From: Chitinophagales bacterium | Lineage (GTDB): Bacteria > Bacteroidota > Bacteroidia > Chitinophagales > LD1 | Assembly: GCA_044226285.1 (NCBI GenBank) | Contig: JBGAHI010000006.1 | Span: forward strand, 192,996-256,995 | Direction: 5' to 3' | DNA: 64,000 bases | In this document: piece by piece, positions 36,489-44,900 of the stretch | How positions within the stretch are numbered: position 1 is the first letter of the stretch | Layout of the letters: each line of letters starts with the position of its first letter | The notes under the pieces: model-generated | The model's database searches: none | Told to the model about the DNA's origin: nothing | Seen by the model: only the letters and a program-made list of their open reading frames with translations | Program-made: the position numbers and the translations under genes

Positions 36489-37246
36489 TCCTATTTTTCG
36501 GCACAAGTAGTCTCATCCTTTTCTTTGGGGGAATGTTGCTTTTTGTATTCAAATACCAACGTAAGGTTTTATTGCATCAGCAAGAGCTAGCTCGAAAAGA
36601 AGAAGAAAAGCAAAATGAGTTGCTTCGTGCCGTTATCGAATCGCAAGAAAACACACAGAACTTTATTGCTAAAGAATTGCACGATGGAATTCTCCAAGAA
36701 ATGGCAACATTAAGATTCAGCACGGCTCATATTTCTAGTCAACTAAAAAAACACGAATTACCCTTAGATACAATCGAACAACTAAAATTCGATATTGATA
36801 GTTCTATAAAGAATATACGTCAACTTTCACATAGTATTCTACCTTCAAAACTAGAAGAAGATGGACTTGCAGCTGCTCTTCAAAGTATTTCTGCTAAGAT
36901 TGACAGTTCTACAATTATCAAATCTACTACAACTGTGATTGGGGAGGTTTTTGAGCAAGATAAAGCTATAGAACTTGCATTTTTCAGAGTGGCTCAAGAA
37001 TCAGTTCAAAATGCAGTTAAGTATGCAGAAGCAAAAAACATTAACCTCATACTCGAATATTCAACTCATCGCTGTTGCCTCACCATTAGTGATGATGGTA
37101 AAGGATATAATGTTCTATCTATCGCATCAAACGGAATAGGATTAAAAAACATGCAATCAAGAGCAAAAGTTGTTGATGCCAAAATTGAATTTTCTTCAGA
37201 ATTGAATAAAGGCACAAAAGTAGTCATGGAAAAAATGTATATTTAA
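36458..37246 (+). CDS. Histidine kinase, HisKA_3/NarX-type, single TM, no recognisable sensor domain
   Basis: One TM helix (LLLILFFGTSSLILFFGGMLLFVF), a coiled coil, the H-box AKELHDGILQE, and HATPase_c motifs (QESVQNAVKYA, ISDDGKGY, GIGLKNM). Confidence 0.85.
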   Translation: MLETKDSLLLILFFGTSSLILFFGGMLLFVFKYQRKVLLHQQELARKEEEKQNELLRAVIESQENTQNFIAKELHDGILQEMATLRFSTAHISSQLKKHELPLDTIEQLKFDIDSSIKNIRQLSHSILPSKLEEDGLAAALQSISAKIDSSTIIKSTTTVIGEVFEQDKAIELAFFRVAQESVQNAVKYAEAKNINLILEYSTHRCCLTISDDGKGYNVLSIASNGIGLKNMQSRAKVVDAKIEFSSELNKGTKVVMEKMYI

Positions 37247-37267
37247 TGCGAAGATCAATATCAGCAT

Positions 37268-37921
37268 ATGCCCATAAATGTAATGGTGGTTGACGACCAC
37301 ACCCTATTCAGAAAAGGACTCATAGCTATTCTATCCGATATCCCAGAGCTTAATATTGTTGGTGAAGCCGAAAACGGAAAGGAATTTCTTTCAAAATATT
37401 CCGCAATAAATCCGGATATCATTTTAATGGATATGGATATGCCCGTTTTAAACGGTATTGATGCTTTAGTTAAATTGCGTGAGCGCAGAAACTCACCACC
37501 ATGTTTAATGATTTCTATGCACAACGAAGAAAAGTTTGTGCTCAAAGCCATAGAAGCCGGAGCAAATGGATACCTCACCAAAGATTCAGATCCTGAGATT
37601 ATTCACTTAGCAATACAATCTATTATATGTAATGGTTTTTACTTCGATGAGAAAGTAAATCTGTTGTTGGTGAAAAATATGGCCAAAAAGAAAAAAATTG
37701 TTCCAAAATTTGAATCAGGAAATCTGGTGCTTAATGCCAAAGAGATTGAGCTCATCAAACATATTGGAGAAGAATTGACCAGTGCAGAAATCGCAGAGAA
37801 AATGTTTTGCAGTGTTCGTACTATAGAAGGCATCCGCACCGAGCTCATCAAAAAGATTGGCGTTAAGAATGCTATTGGCTTAACTATTTATGGAATTAAA
37901 AGTGGAATTATTGCTGTTTAA
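37268..37921 (+). CDS. NarL/FixJ (LuxR-type HTH) response regulator
   Basis: REC domain (VMVVDDH...DIILMDMDMP...TKD) plus LuxR HTH (LTSAEIAEKMFCSVRTIEGIRTELIKKIGVKN). Confidence 0.9.
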   Translation: MPINVMVVDDHTLFRKGLIAILSDIPELNIVGEAENGKEFLSKYSAINPDIILMDMDMPVLNGIDALVKLRERRNSPPCLMISMHNEEKFVLKAIEAGANGYLTKDSDPEIIHLAIQSIICNGFYFDEKVNLLLVKNMAKKKKIVPKFESGNLVLNAKEIELIKHIGEELTSAEIAEKMFCSVRTIEGIRTELIKKIGVKNAIGLTIYGIKSGIIAV

Positions 37922-38139
37922 TTTTCCATCTCAATTATTTTCACTATTCTTATAGTATGTTTATCACCAAAACATATTGTTTTCTTTCTAACACATTTGA
38001 AATGTGTTGCTGTTGTTGTCGATAAGCGCAACAGCCATTTCTATTTTTTGCTTTTTTCTTTTTATGGCTTGTTCAAATGAACGTAATCAACGTTTGCTTT
38101 CCAAAAAAGCACATTTATCAAGTTTTAAAAACAAAAATC

Positions 38140-38595
38140 ATGGCACATATTTGCCCTATTAACGGAGAAAAAATTAACGAACCAACAGTTAGAACAGTTG
38201 CAGGAATTGTTGTTATTCTCTCGGCTTTGGGAATTTACTTCCACTTGTCATTTATTTTCTTATTTCTCGGATACGATTTTTTTGTTCGAGGATTTTATAA
38301 GAAAGAATATAGTCTGCTTCGGTTTATTGCGATACAAATAACTAACCTATTTAACTTTAATGAAAAGCTGATTGATGCAGCTCCAAAGCGTTTTGCGGCA
38401 AAAATCGGTTTCTTTTTTTCTATTTTAATTCTTGTATTGTTCCTTCTTCAACAATTCTATCTTGCATTAATCGTAACTACCATTCTGATTCTATGTGCTA
38501 TTTTAGAATCGGTTTTCGCTTATTGTTTGGGTTGTCAGTTCTATTCCATCTATATTACAACAAAAGACTACTTTCAAAATTCAATAAACCAATAA
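38140..38595 (+). CDS. DUF4395 family membrane protein
   Basis: MAHICPINGEKINEPTVR start, DFFVRGF, PKRFAAKIG and a C-terminal CLGCQFY motif, as I recall for DUF4395. The ATG at 38140 is preferred. Confidence 0.7.
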   Translation: MAHICPINGEKINEPTVRTVAGIVVILSALGIYFHLSFIFLFLGYDFFVRGFYKKEYSLLRFIAIQITNLFNFNEKLIDAAPKRFAAKIGFFFSILILVLFLLQQFYLALIVTTILILCAILESVFAYCLGCQFYSIYITTKDYFQNSINQ

Positions 38596-38596
38596 T

Positions 38597-38630
38597 AAAA
38601 AAGCGTTTCTGGATTCAGAAACGCTTTTTT
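38597..38630. terminator. Bidirectional terminator between DUF4395 gene and giant adhesin gene
   Basis: AAAAAAGCGTTTCTG-GATT-CAGAAACGCTTTTTT. Confidence 0.85.
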
Positions 38631-38635
38631 GTGTT

Positions 38636-38905
38636 TTATCTAATCAAGGTTAAACTTCCTTTTTGAAGTGGCATCTTATAACCGTTGATATAGGTAAGAT
38701 AGAGTTCATAAACATAAACTTGAGGGTTTTGTAATACACCACGGAATTTACCATCCCATTGGAAGTTCATGTCTTTCGACTCGAATACTTTTTCGCCCCA
38801 ACGATTGAAAACAATCATTTCCATTTCTAACCACACCTTTTTGTTTCCAAAAATTTCGAAGTAATCATTAATACCATCTCCATTTGGAGTAAATGCATTT
38901 GGCAC
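38636..38905 (-). other. T9SS type B sorting domain (gliding motility-associated C-terminal domain, CHU_C)
   Basis: VPNAFTPNGDGINDYFEIFG...VFNRWGEKVFES...WDGKFRG...PQVYVYEL...KGSLTLIR. Confidence 0.85.
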
Positions 38906-41900
38906 ATATAATTGATATGTTGGATTAACACGGATTCGAACCGTATCGTATGCTGTACAACCACTATCACTCACCACAGCAACTTCATAAACAATATTGT
39001 TTACAGTATTAGAAACAGGATCTTGACAATCGCCACACGTTAAGTAATATGGAGGTGACCAAACTATATCAGCCATATTTCCACCAACAGCATCCAAATG
39101 AATTGGAATGGTTTCTCCCAATTCAACTAATGTATCTTTTGGAGAAGCACTAATATCAAAGGTATTACCAACAATAATAATGAAGCTTGAGTCTTTCTCG
39201 CATCCGTTTTGATCGGTTACTGTAACTGCATAATTTCCTGCACCCAATCCCCCAATATAACTTCCTGTTGTACCATTCTGCCAAACATAATTATATGGAG
39301 GTGTTCCACCAGAAGGGAATGTATATACAGAACCATTTTTCAAAGGTTCACACAAAACATCTCTTGTTATTGGATTAATGAATAACTCAGGAATCTGACC
39401 CACATTAACCGATGCTGTTGCAGTACATGAATTGGCATCCGTAATTGTAACAGTATAACTTCCAAAGGCCAAACCTGAAATATCCTCTGCCGTTGAACTA
39501 TTGCTCCAAGCATACGTATAATTTGGTGTTGCGCCACTCACAGTTAAGTTTATTGATCCATCTGTTCTACCCGGACAAGTAACTGGCGTTGAAACAGAGT
39601 TTACTAGAATTGCAGTAGGCTCTCCAACAACAATGGACGTTAACGTTGCAGAACACTGCCAAGTATCATACACAGTAACAGCATAAGTTCCTGCACTTAG
39701 TCCACATTGGTCTTGAGTTGTAGGAAGTGCATTCGACCAAACATAAGAATAAGGTGTTGTACCTCCGGTAACCGTTAAATCAATACATCCATTGGCACCA
39801 CCATTACAGGTAACATTTGTAATAACGTTCGATAATTGTACCTGTGTAGGTTGAGTAATTTCAATGGTATCTAATCCCCATACTCTGCAACCATTTCCAT
39901 CAGTTACTGTAACAATATATTTGCCCGCTACTTTGTTGGCGATATCTTCAGTTGTTTCAGCACTCGACCATTGATAAGTATAAGGCGTTACTGTTCCTAT
40001 CACCGTTAAATCAATTGACCCATTATTTCCTCCAAAACAGGTTACATCAATTTTGTTGGTATCTAATGTAGATGTTGCAGGAGGAGAAGGAACATTCACT
40101 CGAATACTATCGATACATCCATTTAAATCGGCTGCAATAAAGGTATGAAGCCCACTGCTCACCGGTGAAAAACTTCCGTTAAATTGTACTGGCAATTTAT
40201 AGTCGTATGTATATGCATAACCAGGAGTGCCACCAGAAGCAACAACTGTTACACTACCATTAGCACCTAAGTTACATGTTGGTGCTACTACACTTGTTGT
40301 ATCTATATTCAATGCAGTTGGTTGAGTGATGGTTTGTGATACCGTTGACGTACATCCTTTTTGGTCTTTAATAGTGATAGTGTAGCTATTATTACAAAGA
40401 GCATTAAAAGAATCCATATTTTGATAATTCACTCCATCTATTGAAAACTGATAAGGCAAAGTACCTCCGTTTCCGGTAACTCGAATCATACCATCGCAAT
40501 TATTGAAACAGCGAACATTGCGGAAATTAACTATAGATACAGAGAGTTGTGTTGGTTCGTAAATGAAAAACGAAACAATAGAGTCGCAGTTATGTGCATC
40601 GCGAACAGTAACAGTGTGATTACCTGCTGTTAGAGAAGCAAATACATTGTTCGTTACAAACGTATTGGTAGCATCTATAGAATAGGTATATGGCGCTGTT
40701 CCACCGGTTGCTGTTAATGTTATCCCTCCATCATTACCTCCGAAACACGATACACTATCTAACATCACAATTGATGGCGCTAATTTGGTAGGTTGTAACA
40801 CTTGCGTAATCACGGTATCGGTACACGCATTTTGGTCTGAAACAATAACAGTATAAGTTCCCGCAGTTAAGTTAGTAGCAATACTATCCAATTCAGTTGG
40901 AATTTGAAGCCATGAATAAGAATAAGGGTAAATACCTCCATTTACTGCTAAAACAATTCCACCATCATTTCCACCAAAGCAAGAAACAGCATTTGTTCTA
41001 AGCGTATCACCACGAACAGCATTTGGCTGCGATACATTAATTGATAATGAATCTACACAACCATTGCCATCGGTAACAATAGCAGTATGCGCTCCGGAAC
41101 TAACTACATTAAACGTACCTCCGGCTTGGTTTACACCATAATCTAAAGCATAGTTATATGCCAAGGTTCCGCCCGTAGCATTAACTACAATCTGTCCGTC
41201 ATTGCCTTTGAAACATTTTGGAGGTGTAGAAGAAACAAAAAGTAAATCGAGTAAACTAGGTTCTGTAAGTGTAACTGTAAGTGTAGTTGTGCAACTCTTA
41301 CGATCTTTCACTGTGATAGTGTATGTCCCTGCTGATAAATTTGAAAACGAATCAGCTGATTGGAATGTAACTCCATCCTTAGAATATTGATATGTTCCAT
41401 TTGCTCCAGAACCAACCACTTTAATCATTCCATTGTTGCCCCCGTTACAAGAAACATCGCGTTTAGTAACTAAAGCAATTGTTATTGCTGAAGGTTGAGG
41501 TACAGTAACACTAATTGTTGTATCACAACCATGCGCATCTACTAAACCTATAGTGTAAGTTTGTGCAGTGAGGCTCGAAAATACTGGAGAAGATTGACCG
41601 GCTCCCCCATTAATCGAATAGGTATAAGGAGCAGCACCTCCGCCACCGGTAACTGTAATTTTTCCATCTGTTCCGCCAAAACAAGACACCGTATCAATAG
41701 ATGCGAGAGTTAAAGAAACTCTTGGTGCTTGTAGGATAGTATATGTTGCAGTATCTTTACAGCCATTTAAATCAGTAATGATCGCATTATACGTATTGGC
41801 ATACAAACCCTGCGCAATACTATCGAGTTCCGATGGTAATGCAGGCCAATTATAAGTGTATGGATAAACACCTCCATTCACTTTTAATATGATTTGCCCG

Positions 41901-44900
41901 TCATTGGACCCAAAGCAAGAAGGAGGTACCGTTTTCACAGTATCTATAACAATAGGCAATGGAGCAGTAATCGGCACTGTACCTGTAGCAGTACATCCAT
42001 TACCGTCTACTACAGTTACACTATAATTGCCACTGCATAAATTAATCCCTACAGTTGAATCCTGCACAGGTGTTGTACTCCACACAAATTGATAACCACC
42101 GCTACCACCTTTTGCATCTACTCTTGCACTTCCATCACAAGTATTGAAGCACTTCATATTCACTGTATCTAAGAATTGAATTTGCAATAAATCGGGTTGC
42201 GAAATAGTTCCTGATGTTGTTGTACTGCATCCTGTCGCATCTGTAACAGTTACCGTATAAGTTCCCGGACCCAAGTTTTTCAAACTATCAATAGTTGGTC
42301 CTGTATTCCAATGATAAGCATACGGTGCCGTACCTCCTATCGCTTTCACTTTAATGATACCTGTAAGTTGACCAAAACAAAACGGATTAACACTTTTCAC
42401 AATATAAGCTTGAACACCACCTCCAGAACTTAAAGATGTTGCAGAAGTAGCTGTACATTTCGAAGTTTGATCCGTCACTGTTACATTATATGTTCCGGAT
42501 TGAAGTCCTGTGATAGTTTGCGTTGAACCTGAAGGATTCCAAGCATAAGTATACGTTCCGGAAGGCGTTGGATTAACGGTTATACTTCCATTCGGACCAC
42601 AAGTAGCATCCACTTTTGTAAACGTTAATGCAGGTGGAGTAGTTACTGTGATTGTAATCGCTGTATCTTTTTTACAATAGCCCTTTGGACTATAGCCTGT
42701 TACTAAATATCCGGAAGTTACCGGTGGTTTAGCAATAACATCTGCACCTGTTGGATTGCTTAAATAAGCTATAGGCGACCACATATATGTACTGGCACCA
42801 CTCAAAATGATGTGTGCACTATCTCCTGGACAATATGAAGTATTCCCTGTATAACTTAATACCGGTGTAGGTTCTACAATTAAATAAATAGAATCGTATG
42901 GCGACCATCCGCAACAATCTGTTTTAATTCGAACTTTAATTTTGAAAGTACCTGTTGTATTGAACGATAAATTTGTCAAATTTTGGAAAGTGCTTCCAAA
43001 ATAAGTATTGGGTATTGTTGATCCGCCAAAGTTCCAATCGAAGGTATCTGCAGAGGCAATAACAGCATTGAAATTGGCTTTTGCGAATTGACATAAATAG
43101 AATGTATCTGTTGTTCCAATTTGAGTAGCTGTGGTTTGTATATTAGGTGCAAAAGAGCCTTGATCAATAGCAATATATACAAATCCCGTATAGGTATTAG
43201 CCGCATATTGAATGTCTTTTCTACCTATTGTTGTGTATTGAGTTGTGTGTGTTATTCCGGTACTTGTTGGAACTGATGCTCCCGATCCGGCATTCCACGC
43301 ACCTGATGCAGTTGCTGTTAGATTATCATTTGTAAAGGTACATGAAATATTATCGCATTTAATTACCGGCTGAGCCGCTAAGTTGAAGTTAGTAATTGAA
43401 GTAACCGGAGCAGTACCGCTATTGAGATAAACAATGCCTGAAATTCCATCGGCTCCACTACCTCCATTGCCACCATTACCTCCTTTACCTCCTGCTCCTC
43501 CATTTCCGCCACGACCAACTTCACTAGTACAAACCGAGGCTCCAATGCCACCTGCTCCACCAGCACCTCCAATACCGCCTGCTCCACCAGCACCACCATT
43601 TCCAAATAATCCACTTACTATGTTGCAATCAATAAAATTAGAATTTGCACCATTGTTATTTAAGAATACAGCAAATGAACTTCCTCCACCGTAACCTCCC
43701 GTTCCAAAAGTACCGGCAGAACCACCGCCTCCGCCTCCGCCTCCGCCATTGCCTGGACCATTATCGCAAAACGTACAGGTTTGGCGACCACCGCCACCAC
43801 CACCGCCACCGCCACTAGCGCCAACACCATTGGTTCCATTCGTTCCAAGACCTCCTGCATTATAGTATCCTGCAACAATAGCACCAGCAGATCCGGGAGT
43901 ACCATTCGCCCCATTTGCACCAGCTAAACCAGCTGCTCCATTTGCTCCAGCACCTCCTGGATCACCGCTACTTCCACCACCGCCACCATTTCCTCCGGCT
44001 CCTTGTGCAGAACTTCCTCCACTTGCACCACTAGCCACACTTGAATTACACTCATCCATACCTGATGCACCTCCCCCACCGGCACCTCCATTCAGTCCGG
44101 TTGCTGCTGCTCCAGGTGAACCATTATTGGCCGTTCCCGTAACTGCCGCTCCTCCGCCTCCTCCGGCCGCTCCTCCGCCTCCGCTTCCGCCATTGCCTCC
44201 TGCACCCCCCGGATTACCGGAACTAAACGTACATGTTCCTCCATCACAAGATCCACCACCACCGTTTAAACCTGCAGCTCCGGCAATACCGGCATTTCCA
44301 GGGACACCCGATTGGCCTGCAGAAGCATTACCTCCTAAAATCTGACATCTTACGAAGTTATAATTGCTGGAATTTGTAATATGAAATACATAATTGCTAT
44401 AGCCATATACATCTCCCCCTGAAATGGCCGGGCAGTTGGCATTCTGAAAAGTAAGATCTTGAAAACGAACATAGCTTGCATTGTTCAAGTATACTGCCAC
44501 TAATCGTTTATTTGTGCCAGACCCTTCCATGTTTAAAGTAGATCGGGTAATGGTTGTTGCACCTGCCAAACTCGATTTTTGCCAGTTTGAAGCAGGATCA
44601 AAGCCACCTTCAATGGTTGTGTTACTACCAATATTAGTAATTGGATAATCTATGGTATAATTTCCAATGCCTAATTTTACATGCGCATTGTTACATTGTG
44701 CTAATGCTAATGCACCGGCTAAACTTGCCGGGTTAGCCTTTGTTCCATTCCCAGTGCCACTCACTGTACCATAAATAACCGTACAACTTTGTGATGGTGG
44801 TGGATTATTCAATATTACTTGTACAGTTGCAGGATTACTAGGACAATTATTGGCATCATATGCTGTTACAGAATACGTTGTTGTTGCACCTGGTGCTACT

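Noticed and set aside
43436-44335. Interpreting the Gly-rich insert as a bona fide collagen triple-helix domain
   Set aside because: Uninterrupted G-X-Y runs are short, at most about nine triplets. Pro is scarce in the X/Y positions, and GG/GGG stretches and Cys islands break the register. A PPII/PGII-type or beta-helical Gly-rich fold, or disorder, fits better. The question is kept open as a finding rather than as a collagen call.
43434-44345. Pro-rich + strand ORFs (43434-43694, 44127-44345, e.g. PPLPPLPPLPPAPP) that look like proline-rich proteins
   Set aside because: They are the antisense reading of GGN glycine codons in the adhesin's Gly-rich insert. They sit wholly inside a 7.8-kb ORF with clear domain content, so they are shadow ORFs.
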